From assembly GCA_963749655.1 (NCBI GenBank), contig CAVVOB010000012.1, forward strand, positions 160,001 through 224,000: a stretch of 64,000 nucleotides of DNA. The letters run 5' to 3'. Of this stretch, positions 9,964 to 19,786 are shown piece by piece. Every line of letters starts with the position of its first letter. Within the stretch, counting starts at the first letter, position 1. Under the pieces are notes generated by a model that did no database searches, was not told the origin of the DNA, and worked only from the letters and a program-made list of their open reading frames with translations. Source of the DNA: Nitrospirota bacterium (GTDB taxonomy: Bacteria > Nitrospirota > UBA9217). A program made the position numbers and the translations under genes.

Positions 9964-10034
9964 GCAGGCTAAAGCCTGCGGCTGCCAATTCGGATTCTAT
10001 CAATGCATTCTGTAGCCGCACCCTTCAGGGTGCG
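9964..10034. repeat. GTAG-family REP-like palindrome pair
   Basis: GCAGGCTAAAGCCTGCGGCT ... GTAGCCGCACCCTTCAGGGTGCG. Confidence 0.65.
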
Positions 10035-10153
10035 CTGTAGCTGATCGACCTCTTTTGCGTTCCTTTTCTCTGTATCGCAATTCTTCTTGACCATTATCGT
10101 CGGCGTGGTATCATGGGGACTCTGGCGGTCTGAAAATCAGCAGGAGGAACATC

Positions 10154-10787
10154 ATGAAACCCGAGAGCCGTACCGATTTCGACAAGCTGGCGGCGCAGTG
10201 GGACCAGAACCCGGTGCCGGTCAGGATCGCGCGCAGCGTGGGCGATGCGATCGTCCGCGAAGTCAACCCCGCTTCGCGCCTATGGACGCCGTCGACTTCG
10301 GCTGCGGCACAGGCCTTGTCACGATGCGGATCCAACCGCTGGTCAGGACGATCACCGGCGTGGACAGTTCGCAGGGAATGCTCGACAAGCTTCAGGACAA
10401 GTTCAAGCAGGCCGCTGTCACGAACGGCCGCACCCAACTCGTGGATTTCGAAAAAGGCCAGCGGGTGCAGGGCGCCTACGACCTCGTGGTAAGCAGCATG
10501 ACGCTGCATCACGTCCGGGACACGGAAGCGGTGATCCGGCACTGGTACGAACTGATCCGTCCGACGGGCACTCTTGCCTTTGCCGACCTCGACAGCGAGG
10601 ACGGGTCGTTCCACAGCGATAATACCGGCGTGTTCCACAGCGGTTTCGATCGGAAGACGCTTATAGAAGTTCTCGCACAGATCGGGTTCCGCGATGTTCG
10701 CGATGCGACCGCTGCCTCAATCACGAAAGATGTCGAGGGCCGGGGGACGCGTGAATACACCGTGTTCCTGATCACGGCGGAAAATAA
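10154..10787 (+). CDS. Class I SAM-dependent methyltransferase (frameshifted near 10280 and at the 3' end)
   Basis: AGGAGG RBS, ATG 10154; FDKLAAQWD then other frame DFGCGTG, SSMTLHHV, EDGSFH; likely stop TAA 10785. Confidence 0.8.
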
Positions 10788-10797
10788 TCTCCTCTTT

Positions 10798-11894
10798 ATG
10801 ACGGATATATCCGCAACTCCCGAAACCATCATTTCCCAATTCACTATCCCTGGCACGCTCGTCAAAACCGGACGCTACGGTTCCGGTCTGATCAACGACA
10901 CCTATCTCTGCGAGTTCAATGACAACCCTGCGCGCAGATACATCCTTCAGCGCATCAATACTTCGGTGTTCAAACATCCCGAAGAGGTCATGGAAAACGT
11001 GCAGATCGTGACGTCTCATATCATCGACCGATTGCGGAGCGAGGGAGTCGCCGATCCTTTTGCTGTAACACCCGCGCTCATCACCACGCGGGCCGCCGGT
11101 CGTACTTTCGCGACAAGGACGGGTCCTACTGGCGGATGTATCATTACCTCGAGAACGGCATGGTCCGCGACACGGTCCTTGATGAGCGCCACGCCTCCGA
11201 AGTGGGAAGAGGGCTCGGCAGGTTTCAGGCTCTTGTTGCCGACCTTTCACCCGAACGGCTGCACGATACGCTGCCGGGGTTCCACCACACGCAGCGATAT
11301 CTCGCTGAGTATGACGAGGCGCTGAAGGCCGATGCGCTGCATCGCGCGGGCTCAGTGATTGCGGAGCGTGAGTTCGTGGAAGAGCGGCGGCCGCTGGCAG
11401 CGGCGTTAACCGCAGTCATGGAATCGGGCGTGGTTCCCATCCGGATCGTGCATAACGACCCGAAGGTGAACAACATCATGGTGCGCATCGACACGGGCGA
11501 AGCACTATGCATGCTTGACCTCGATACGGTAAAGCCCGGGATCGTGCACTTCGATTTCGGCGACTGCGTCCGCTCCGCCGCGAACCCCGCGGGCGAGGAC
11601 GCTCCCGATCTTGACCGCGTTGTGTTCGACCTTTCGCTTTTTAAGGCCATCACGCGCGGTTATCTGAGGGAGGCGGCTGCTTTTCTTACCAAGAAGGAGA
11701 TCGAGCTGCTTCCGCTCTCCGTGAAGGTGATTACCTTCGAGCTGGGAATCCGCTTTCTTGCCGATTATCTGCGGGGTGACACCTACTTCAAAACGCGCTA
11801 TCCCGAGCACAACCTGCACCGCAGCCGGGTTCAGTTCAAGCTCCTCGCGGGCATTGAACGATCCGTCGACACCGCCGCTTCCTCCATTCCTTAA
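10798..11894 (+). CDS. Aminoglycoside phosphotransferase / N-acetylhexosamine 1-kinase-like (frameshift near 11095)
   Basis: GSGLINDT, YILQRIN, HNDPKVNN and LDLDTV motifs across two frames. Confidence 0.85.
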
Positions 11895-11961
11895 TGCATA
11901 TCCGCATTCTTTGTGCTATAGTTGATCCATTGAAAATCAACTTTCCTGCAAGGAGGCTGTC

Positions 11962-12258
11962 ATGAAAAAAGTGAAATTGTTCGTTGCAGTGTTGATCACG
12001 ATGGTGCTGGTGAGCGGGTGTCTCTATACTCATGTACTGACGCCCTACGACACGAATCTCGACAAGACCGTAATGGGGCAGAAAACCGGGCGGTCCACCA
12101 TGCGTTCGATTCTCTGGCTTGTTGCGTGGGGTGATGCCAGCTCCGAGGCGGCGGCAAAACAAGCGGGAATCACTACCATGAACCATATGGACCTTGAAAT
12201 CCTGAATGTCGTGTTCGGCATTTACACCGAGACGACCACGATTGTGTACGGCGACTGA
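11962..12258 (+). CDS. TRL-like family lipoprotein
   Basis: Lipobox VSGC, VAWGDAS, C-terminal TIVYGD. Confidence 0.8.
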   Translation: MKKVKLFVAVLITMVLVSGCLYTHVLTPYDTNLDKTVMGQKTGRSTMRSILWLVAWGDASSEAAAKQAGITTMNHMDLEILNVVFGIYTETTTIVYGD

Positions 12259-12270
12259 GGGAGGCGATCC

Positions 12271-12588
12271 ATGAGAACGAAAAGCCTGGCGCTGGCTGTG
12301 CTCGCGGCGATGCTCGTCGCGGGATGCAGCCAGGGCATCATCTACACCCACACGTTCCAGCCCCTGACCAAGGACTTTCACCGGACCCCTGTTTCCGCGG
12401 TCGGCCAGGAGGGAGACATCAAGCACCTCCAGATCCCGTTCACTCCAATCGGCATTGCGTGGGACAGCGCGGCGATCGGGGACATTGCAAAGAAGCATGG
12501 GATGAGCGAGGTCTATTTCGCCGATCTCGAAATAAAAAGAATCCTTATGGTATGGAACCGCTACACGGTCCACGTGTACGGGAAGTAA
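12271..12588 (+). CDS. TRL-like family lipoprotein (paralog)
   Basis: Lipobox VAGC, C-terminal TVHVYGK; own GGAGG RBS. Confidence 0.75.
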   Translation: MRTKSLALAVLAAMLVAGCSQGIIYTHTFQPLTKDFHRTPVSAVGQEGDIKHLQIPFTPIGIAWDSAAIGDIAKKHGMSEVYFADLEIKRILMVWNRYTVHVYGK

Positions 12589-12595
12589 ACCGAAC

Positions 12596-13084
12596 CTATT
12601 TTACAGCTTTGATCATGACGTAGTCATCCATGACAAAGCCGCCGCCGATGTCCTGGACCACAGGGCCTGCGATCGTGAAGCCGAACCGTTCGTAGGCCCT
12701 GATGGAGTTCCTGTTGTTTTTGTTCACGGTCAGCCTGATCCTGCCCAGCCCCTGTTCTCTTGCCAGGGCTTCGGCGAACTGGAGTGCTCTTCTGCCGTAG
12801 CCTTTCCCCCGCAGAGACAATCGTACATAGATCTTGCTCAGGAACAGCTCGCCTCCCTTTGGCTGGACAGCCAGATAACCGATATCAGCGTCAGCTTTTC
12901 GGACCAGGAAGTAGAGAACACCGGTCCTGATCTGCTCTGCGATGGCCTGGCGTGACTGGAACCGGTCGAGCATATACTCCACCTGCGCTTTGCCGATCAG
13001 GGGAGTGTAATACTCGGACCAGATCTCCCGTGCCAGCGTCTCCACCCGCCCGATTTCATCGTCCTTTACAACAGGAATAAACAT
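12596..13084 (-). CDS. GNAT acetyltransferase
   Basis: LSKIYV..RGKGYG, NRNSIRAYERFGF, GGGFVMDDYVM. Confidence 0.92.
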   Translation of the reverse strand: MFIPVVKDDEIGRVETLAREIWSEYYTPLIGKAQVEYMLDRFQSRQAIAEQIRTGVLYFLVRKADADIGYLAVQPKGGELFLSKIYVRLSLRGKGYGRRALQFAEALAREQGLGRIRLTVNKNNRNSIRAYERFGFTIAGPVVQDIGGGFVMDDYVMIKAVK

Positions 13085-13131
13085 TGTGTCGCTTCCCCGC
13101 TCTTACTGACAGTCGTCACTAAGAAACAGGT

Positions 13132-13257
13132 AACCACGGATTAACACGGATAAACACGGATTTGGAAAAGTATGTTTGATTTTTATCTGTGTCCATCTGT
13201 GTTCATCAGTGGTTACTATGGATTTGTATTTAGTTTTGAACCATGTTCATCCGTGGT
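13132..13257. repeat. 10-bp-unit inverted repeat element
   Basis: AACCACGGATTAACACGGATAAACACGGAT ... ATCTGTGTCCATCTGTGTTCATCAGTGGTT plus an extra partial arm. Confidence 0.85.
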
Positions 13258-13266
13258 CACAATGCC

Positions 13267-14064
13267 TTAGTGCTCTTTTTTGAAATACCATGCCCCTACG
13301 GTCAGCTCTCGGGACAGGAATGTCCTGCCCTCTTTGTCCGGCGCGATGTTCCAGGTCCAGGAAGTATCGGGCTCCGGAAGGCGCAGGCTGTAAACGGTTG
13401 ATCCGCTGCTGACGACCGCACCCTCACGGTCACGTTTCGCAAAGGCGTGATCAGCCACGAGACAGACCGCGCAGGGCAGCGAGCTCAGGAACGCATAATG
13501 CGATTCCACGATCTGTGCGCACCAGGAGTCGACCTGCTCCTCGTCGAGGCCGGCGATATTCCTGAGCGCAAAGGCCCGCGGCATGACCCAGAGCTGGGAA
13601 AGGAGATTCAGGGACACAACCATGCTCATTGCATCGCTCTCGGGATTTCGGGGCGAGGCCTGCGGAAGAACGCGGACTCCTGCGCGGACACCGGCATACA
13701 GTTTTTCCGACATGCCGGTTGCGTCATGCTGGAGAAGTCTTACGTTGCTGAAGCGCTTTGTCCTGCGCCGGACCTCGGGAAGGAATACGATGTCTGCAAG
13801 AACCACTTCCTTGAACAGAGCGGCAAGTTCCTCGAGCGGCACGTCCAGGAGGAGGCCCGCGCCAAGGACGACGACCCTGTGCCGCTCCGGGCATTGTTCA
13901 GCGCAGGACAGAATGAACCGGCGCGATTGTTCGAGATGGGATTGCCAGGCCGCGCTGTTGAGGCGGTATCTGCCTTTCATGGCGACTGCTTCCCGGAGAT
14001 AGTCCATGTGCCGGACGTACTGCGGTATCGGTGTGATCAAAGAAGTGAGCAGCTCCTGAAGCAT
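13267..14064 (-). CDS. Hypothetical protein, Rossmann/methyltransferase-like
   Basis: VVVLGAGLLLDVP, VLADI, VVSLNLLSQL. Confidence 0.7.
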   Translation of the reverse strand: MLQELLTSLITPIPQYVRHMDYLREAVAMKGRYRLNSAAWQSHLEQSRRFILSCAEQCPERHRVVVLGAGLLLDVPLEELAALFKEVVLADIVFLPEVRRRTKRFSNVRLLQHDATGMSEKLYAGVRAGVRVLPQASPRNPESDAMSMVVSLNLLSQLWVMPRAFALRNIAGLDEEQVDSWCAQIVESHYAFLSSLPCAVCLVADHAFAKRDREGAVVSSGSTVYSLRLPEPDTSWTWNIAPDKEGRTFLSRELTVGAWYFKKEH

Positions 14065-14242
14065 GGGAAATGATAGAATTTTTTAAATAATTATGCAACG
14101 GAAATTCAAGGGAGCAATGAAGAGCATGGAGTGGACAAGCGGGCAGGATGCGGAGGTTCGAACTAAAAAGAAAGCCCCCGACAAATATATGCGGGGGCAC
14201 TCAGGCCCGCGGAGCATATGAGGTCTTTTCCGGCAGATACGT

Positions 14243-14686
14243 TCACTCCGGGTCGGCAGGCGCTCTTTCTTGCCTTGATTGGGCGTAGAGAGCGCCGATC
14301 ATGGCGACCAGCATGGACAGGGGGATGAAGACCACGAAGGAAGCGAGAACGCCGCCGAAGGCCGCAAGACCCAAACCATCGGGTTTGAACACATAGTTGA
14401 GCAGAAAAATGCCGCCTTTCAGGACCACGTGATCGATGAAATAAAGAAAAACTCCGACCGCCGCGGCATACCATCTGTTGCCGAGCCGCTTTTTCGCTAC
14501 CAGCCACCCGCCGTAGAAGATGATGCCGATCCTGCCGAGGTTGTAGAAGGTGTTGCCTATGGTGTGGGGCAGGAACACGAAGATCGAGTTCACGAGAAAG
14601 AAGTTGACCACGATGAAGAAGGCCGGTTTGCGGATTACGGCCCAGAGTTTTTTCCAGGGGATACTGTTCGGATTTTCCGGTGTCAT
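14243..14686 (-). CDS. Hypothetical membrane protein
   Basis: 4 hydrophobic segments; GGAGG upstream. Confidence 0.7.
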   Translation of the reverse strand: MTPENPNSIPWKKLWAVIRKPAFFIVVNFFLVNSIFVFLPHTIGNTFYNLGRIGIIFYGGWLVAKKRLGNRWYAAAVGVFLYFIDHVVLKGGIFLLNYVFKPDGLGLAAFGGVLASFVVFIPLSMLVAMIGALYAQSRQERAPADPE

Positions 14687-14901
14687 AATGGGATGTGTTC
14701 CTCCCTTCGCCTTGGCTGTTTTTTACGCATGTGTCCGTCTGTATTGATCATGCCGGTTCTTGACCTGAGTAGTATACTTAAAGTAGAAGTACGGTATTCG
14801 TATTTCGACGCTGTGGTACTTTTGAAGTATATTGAGCATCACTGAAATGTCCGTGCGGTCGTAGGATCTTCCCGCAGTCGGCTGCACGCAGAAGGAGCAT
14901 T

Positions 14902-15411
14902 ATGAAGCTGAAATCTTTCTGGTCCCCCTATGCAGCGGGAATCGTTCTCGGCCTGACCCTGCTGGCGGTTTTCTTCGTAATGGGCCGGGGACTCGGCGCA
15001 TCAGGCGCCTTTTCCCTCATGACCGGCGTCGGGTTGCACGCTGTTGCGCCGGGCTATGCAGGCAGTCTGAAATATTTTTCCCAGTACCTTGATTCTCCTT
15101 CGCCGCTTCTGAACTGGAACCTCTTCCTGCTCGGCGGCGTTTTCCTCGGCGCGCTGTCCGGCGCCCTTCTTTCGCGGAACTTCGGCCTGAAATTCGACCG
15201 GGGCGCTTCGATGAGCATCGGCAAGCGTTTCCTGACGGCGCTCTCGGGCGGCCTCATAATGGGATTCGCCGCGCGGCTGGCGCGGGGCTGCACGAGCGGA
15301 ATCGCCCTGACCGGCGGCGCCCAGCTGGCCTTGTCGGGATGGATCTTCGTCATCGCGATGTTCGCGGCGGGCTTTTTGTTCGCCGCGCTGTTCAGGAGGC
15401 TCTGGTCATGA
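14902..15411 (+). CDS. YeeE/YedE-family sulfur transporter, half-protein 1
   Basis: WSPYAAG, GLGASG, ARLARGCTSG. Confidence 0.9.
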   Translation: MKLKSFWSPYAAGIVLGLTLLAVFFVMGRGLGASGAFSLMTGVGLHAVAPGYAGSLKYFSQYLDSPSPLLNWNLFLLGGVFLGALSGALLSRNFGLKFDRGASMSIGKRFLTALSGGLIMGFAARLARGCTSGIALTGGAQLALSGWIFVIAMFAAGFLFAALFRRLWS

Positions 15412-15983
15412 CTGCTCCCTTTGAATTCAGCGACACGGCCGCACTTGCGCTCGCCGTTCTGTTCGGCTTCTTCTTCGGCCTCTCCCTCGAACGGGGCGGG
15501 CTCGGAAATCCCCATATCCTGACCGGGGTGTTTTACTTCAGGGATTTCACGGTCCCCAAGGTGATGTTCACGGCGATCCTCGTCGCCGCCGTCGGCCTCT
15601 ATCTGCTTTCCGATATCGGCCTGCTGGACATTGCCAGGGTCTGGATCATTCCGACCTTTTTCTGGCCGCAGCTCGCGGGCGGGGCTTTGTTCGGGCTCGG
15701 CTACCTCATCAGCGGCTACTGTCCGGGCACGGGAGTGGCTGGGCTTGCTTCGGGCAGGCTCGACGCGCTCGTTATGATGATCGGCCTTGCAGCCGGTTCA
15801 CTGCTCTTTGCAGTGCTCTTTCCCGCGCTCGAAAGCTTTTATCTCTCCTCAAATATGGGGTCGACGACGCTCGCAAAGCTCGTTGGGCTCAATCACTGGG
15901 TCATTCTCGCCGTCATCGCTGCGCTGGCCGGAGGAATGTTCGTTCTGTTGAACCGGTACGAGAACAAACATCTCAAGTCCTGA
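15408..15983 (+). CDS. YeeE/YedE-family sulfur transporter, half-protein 2
   Basis: FGLSLERGG, DFTVPKVMFTA, GYCPGT; ATGA overlap with upstream gene. Confidence 0.9.
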   Translation: MTAPFEFSDTAALALAVLFGFFFGLSLERGGLGNPHILTGVFYFRDFTVPKVMFTAILVAAVGLYLLSDIGLLDIARVWIIPTFFWPQLAGGALFGLGYLISGYCPGTGVAGLASGRLDALVMMIGLAAGSLLFAVLFPALESFYLSSNMGSTTLAKLVGLNHWVILAVIAALAGGMFVLLNRYENKHLKS

Positions 15984-15989
15984 CAGCGT

Positions 15990-17447
15990 TCATCGGGTCG
16001 CGGACAGGGGCTTCGTGTTTCTGTTGAAGAGCCCGGACCTGAGCACCAGCCAGAAGAGGCTTCTCGCGCTTTTGAGTGCGACCTTCACATCGCTTATCGA
16101 GTGGAGGTCCAGCAGTTTTCTGACCATGAAGGACGGCCGGAGATAGAATTTCCGGAAGGCGATCTGGCGAAGCTTCTGGATGTCTTCCCGGGTCATTGTC
16201 CTGGGGATGAAGGCGGCGCCCTGATAGGTGTAATCAGAAAGGTCGCTGGAAATTGTGCCGTAGCGCTCCAGGTTGTCGTAGAGATAGGTCCCGGGAAAGG
16301 GCGTAATGGCGTGAAAATTCGCCATGTCCGGGTTCAACCGGACGGCGAATTCTATCGTTTCGAGGCCTTCCTCGAAGGTTTCTCCCGGAATGCCGAACAT
16401 GAAGGGCGTGCTTACCTTGAGGCCCACACTCTGGGCCGCCCGCACAGCAGACCTGATCTGCTCCGGCGTCGTTCCTTTTCTGATCGTGTCCAGGTTCTTC
16501 TGGACTCCGCTTTCGGCACCGAAAAGAACAGCCCAGCATCCGGCATCCCGAAAAGCCTGGAGCAGCGGCCGGTCTACCTGATTGACGCAGGCCGAGGCGA
16601 ACCAGGTGATCGGAAGGCGGCGTTTTTTCATCTCGCCTGCGATCTGCATGGCCCTGTTGTAATCCGCCGCAAAGGTGTCGTCCAGGAATTTTATCTCACG
16701 GTAGCCCTGCCGGACCAGGAGTTCCACTTCCTGCATTACGTTTTCCACGCTCCGGTAGCGGATCCCGCTCTTTCGGTCCTTGTCCATCTGGAAACAGTAG
16801 ATGCAATGCCGGTTGCAGCCCCGCGACGTGATCATCACGGCCACCGGCTTTTGCCGGTACGTGCCCGGGGGAGGGACGTACCGTTCGGCATCGCCCAGCA
16901 GGTCCCGCGCTGGAAAGGGAAGGGAGTCGAGATCGGTGATCAGCGGTCGCGGCGGGTTGGCAATGATCCGCGCTCCCTGCCGGAACACGACGCCGGGAAC
17001 GCCGTGAAGATCTCCTCCCGATTCAAGCCGGCTGATCATCTCGAGCGCCGTCTGCTCGCCCTCGCCCGTAACAACGGCGTCGACGGCAAGGCCTGCCTCC
17101 AGGAGGCTGCGCTCCCGGACCGCTATGGGATAAGGACCGCCTGCGCAGATGAAGCATTCGGAAATCAGCTTCTTGAGGTCCGCTGCCGTCCTTTTCGCCT
17201 TGTTCCAGCCGAAGGTGGTTGAATAGATGCCGATGAAGCGCGGGCCGAATTCCACGATCCTCGCGAGGACCTGCTCGTGGGTCAGAAATGCGCCGTTGAT
17301 GAACCGGACGTCGTGTCCGGCGTTTCTGAGAAAGGCGGCCACGGACAGGGTGCCGACAGGCTGCCAGTAGTTGATCTGTGAGCTTGCGGTCTTCGAGGAA
17401 AAAATTTCTTCAGGGACCCAGGAGGGTATGACGAGTAGGCATTTCAT
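15990..17447 (-). CDS. B12-binding domain radical SAM enzyme
   Basis: GGPYP, VTGEGE, TSRGCNRHCIYC (CxxxCxxC), GAESG, PFPGT. Confidence 0.93.
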   Translation of the reverse strand: MKCLLVIPSWVPEEIFSSKTASSQINYWQPVGTLSVAAFLRNAGHDVRFINGAFLTHEQVLARIVEFGPRFIGIYSTTFGWNKAKRTAADLKKLISECFICAGGPYPIAVRERSLLEAGLAVDAVVTGEGEQTALEMISRLESGGDLHGVPGVVFRQGARIIANPPRPLITDLDSLPFPARDLLGDAERYVPPPGTYRQKPVAVMITSRGCNRHCIYCFQMDKDRKSGIRYRSVENVMQEVELLVRQGYREIKFLDDTFAADYNRAMQIAGEMKKRRLPITWFASACVNQVDRPLLQAFRDAGCWAVLFGAESGVQKNLDTIRKGTTPEQIRSAVRAAQSVGLKVSTPFMFGIPGETFEEGLETIEFAVRLNPDMANFHAITPFPGTYLYDNLERYGTISSDLSDYTYQGAAFIPRTMTREDIQKLRQIAFRKFYLRPSFMVRKLLDLHSISDVKVALKSARSLFWLVLRSGLFNRNTKPLSATR

Positions 17448-17451
17448 AGGC

Positions 17452-18864
17452 TCAATCGGCGTTTGCGAAGGCCAGGTCATCAACGGTCAAGGCCGCGGCA
17501 CGCCTCTTTTCAATGAGCCGTTCCGCTGTTTCGATGCCCGACCGGATCGCGACGTCCATGTTGTAGTAACGGAACATCCCGCTTCTGCCCGCGATGTGGA
17601 GGTTGCGGAATTGTCGGAGATAGTCCTGGAGCACCTCGACATGCTTCAGATATCCGATCTCGAACAGCGGATAGGCCTTGGGGACCCGTACGACCACGGC
17701 GTCCAGCACTTCCTGCGGCTTGATGAAGCCGAGGGCAGCGAGGTTGTCTACGGTGATCCTGGTCAATCGGTCGTCGTGCATGTTCCAGATCGGGTCCCCC
17801 CTGAAGCTGAAGTATTCCGCGACCACCAGCGTTTTGCCCGGCGGCGCCATGGCAGGGCTCCAGTTCGTCGGCTCGTGGATCCTTCCAAAGGGGATTTTTT
17901 TTTCCGGGATATAGATCCAGGTCTGGTCCGTGACCCGTTCCCGGTCCACCATGACGGCGACGACGATGAGGTCCCGGAACTTGAGCCGGGCCGCAGCCTC
18001 GAGAACGGAGCGGGGTGGAACAGGATCGAGCATGGAAACGAGCCTCGTGATCGGAATGCTGGAAACGAACTCTTCCGCCTGCGCTGTATGCAAGCGGCCC
18101 CCGATGCGGGCCGTAATGCCGTCGATTTTGAAGTCCCTGTGGTTGACGCTCACGACCGCCGCATCGGTCAGAACGTCATTGGACTTTTCAATGTTTTCGC
18201 GGAGGACATCGGACAGCCGGCCGATCCCGAGGGACGGATAATCAAAGCTGTCCGTCAACGTGGCGAGTTTTCTGCCGCTGCTGCGGGAAAAGGCGTTCTT
18301 TACCGCTTTTGCCAGGGACAACCCGTTGATACGCTGCGCAACCCAGGATGCGCTGATCCTGCTGCAGTCTATGCCCCAGACCTTTTCGCTGTATTCCTTG
18401 AAGTAGATATTGAACATGGTCCTGCCGAACCGGGAGACCACCCAGTCCTCAAGCGAAAGGGTCGTTTGTTTGCGGACCAGTCGTTTGATCGTTTCCTGCG
18501 CGTAGTCGGCCACGATCGCTGTCGTGGTCAGAAGGCCGAGGCCGAACATGGCATTCAGGGGTTTGAGGGGATAATTGAAGTACTTGCCGCGCATGTAGAT
18601 TTTGCTGCTGCGCGGGACGGTCACGAGTTCGCTGCCCATCAGGCAGCGCACGAAGGAGTTTATCTTTTCGTCCTCCGTGAAGAACCGGTGACCGCCGAGA
18701 TCGAAGCGGAAGCCGTTTTTTTCGATGGTCCGGGACAGGCCTCCGACGAGGGAGTCGCGTTCGAACACGGTGAGCGAGAGCCCGGCCTTTGTCAAAACAT
18801 GGCCCGACGACAGGCCCGAGAGGCCGCCGCCCAGAATAATGGCATCTTTTGTTGAACTCTTCAC
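17452..18864 (-). CDS. FAD-dependent oxidoreductase (HemY / UDP-galactopyranose mutase-like fold)
   Basis: GGGLSG, FDLGGHRF, GRSGMFRYYNMD. Confidence 0.88.
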   Translation of the reverse strand: MKSSTKDAIILGGGLSGLSSGHVLTKAGLSLTVFERDSLVGGLSRTIEKNGFRFDLGGHRFFTEDEKINSFVRCLMGSELVTVPRSSKIYMRGKYFNYPLKPLNAMFGLGLLTTTAIVADYAQETIKRLVRKQTTLSLEDWVVSRFGRTMFNIYFKEYSEKVWGIDCSRISASWVAQRINGLSLAKAVKNAFSRSSGRKLATLTDSFDYPSLGIGRLSDVLRENIEKSNDVLTDAAVVSVNHRDFKIDGITARIGGRLHTAQAEEFVSSIPITRLVSMLDPVPPRSVLEAAARLKFRDLIVVAVMVDRERVTDQTWIYIPEKKIPFGRIHEPTNWSPAMAPPGKTLVVAEYFSFRGDPIWNMHDDRLTRITVDNLAALGFIKPQEVLDAVVVRVPKAYPLFEIGYLKHVEVLQDYLRQFRNLHIAGRSGMFRYYNMDVAIRSGIETAERLIEKRRAAALTVDDLAFANAD

Positions 18865-19135
18865 GGCGTCACCTGACAGGAACTTCCATAATAGATGAAG
18901 GAGATGATTTCGTGTCCCGTTTCAATTATGCTATGCGAAAAATGCGGCGAAGATCGAGCAACGGACTTCAGATGCAGGAGGATGTTCCTATCATGTTGTT
19001 GTTCATAATTGTTCCCGGGCATCCGGAGTTGTTTTGTCTGATCCGAATGCCCGGGAGTAAGCGCTGCCTGATATGGTACCGATTTCTTGTGGATCATTTC
19101 CCCGGCGACTTGTGCAGCAGCCGGGAAGCGCGAGC

Positions 19136-19462
19136 TTATTTCCCGTAGCCGCCCGCTGCCGGGGCGCCATACCCGCCTGCCTTCGGGGCCGCAGGAGCCC
19201 CGTACCCGCCTGCTGCCGGGGCTGCCGGAGCGCCGTACCCGCCGGCCGCCGGAGCTGCGCCGGAACCGTACCCGCCGGCCGCCGGAGCTGCGCCGGAACC
19301 ATATCCACCTGCCGCCGGAGCTGCACCGGAACCGTATCCACCGCCAGCTGCCTGGCCCTGAATGGCCTTGGCCGTTGTCGTTTCCTGTTGCTGACTATAC
19401 ACCACGAGAAAACCGATAATTGACGCAACGATCGCGATGAGAACTACCAGGGGTGTCTTCAT
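19136..19462 (-). CDS. Membrane-anchored or exported Gly/Ala/Pro-rich protein with seven GGYG repeats
   Basis: AGGAGGAG RBS; N-terminal hydrophobic helix; ~33-bp repeat unit (AAPAAGGYGSG/AP). Confidence 0.85.
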   Translation of the reverse strand: MKTPLVVLIAIVASIIGFLVVYSQQQETTTAKAIQGQAAGGGYGSGAAPAAGGYGSGAAPAAGGYGSGAAPAAGGYGAPAAPAAGGYGAPAAPKAGGYGAPAAGGYGK

Positions 19463-19498
19463 AACTCCTCCTGTATTCGTATGGGTTGAAGGCCCGTT

Positions 19499-19750
19499 CT
19501 AGGCCTTTTGGATTTTAAAGATGATCTTGCCGCCTTCGTTCTTCTTTTCCACCAGGTCGTGTCCGGCCTGGTCGATCATCTGCACGATCGTTTCCGCGGA
19601 AGAGGGGTTGTCGAAGATCATTTCGAGCGTCTCTCCGGAGTTGATTTTTTCGAGCGATTTCTTGCAGTAAATCTGGGGATGAGGGCATACATAGCCGCAC
19701 ACATCAAGCATGTAGGTTCCGTCGCTTTTTTTTTCAAATTTCATTGCCAT
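19499..19750 (-). CDS. tusA: Sulfurtransferase TusA family
   Basis: LDVCGYVCPHP (CPxP) motif, 83 aa. Confidence 0.92.
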   Translation of the reverse strand: MAMKFEKKSDGTYMLDVCGYVCPHPQIYCKKSLEKINSGETLEMIFDNPSSAETIVQMIDQAGHDLVEKKNEGGKIIFKIQKA

Positions 19751-19786
19751 GGTAAAGTTCCTCCTTTGATATTGAGTGCCGGATTG

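Noticed and set aside
10087-11325. Apparent methyltransferase-phosphotransferase fusion ORF
   Set aside because: One extra A at GAAAATAA (about 10784) would end the methyltransferase as ...TAEK*. The kinase has its own ATG at 10798, and indels are frequent in this window.
12256-12273. In-frame TGA between the two TRL genes as possible Sec read-through
   Set aside because: The second gene has its own GGAGG RBS and lipoprotein signal, and no Cys-equivalent position or convincing SECIS is present.
16101-18855. Long plus-strand ORFs antisense to the radical SAM and flavoprotein genes (also 17-874, 39077-40276, 48540-50147, 57300-58607)
   Set aside because: Shadow ORFs expected from GC-rich codon bias; no motifs.
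18925-19006. Possible CxU mini-selenopeptide (MNNNMIGTSSCI-TGA) on the minus strand
   Set aside because: No convincing RBS or SECIS hairpin; probably chance.
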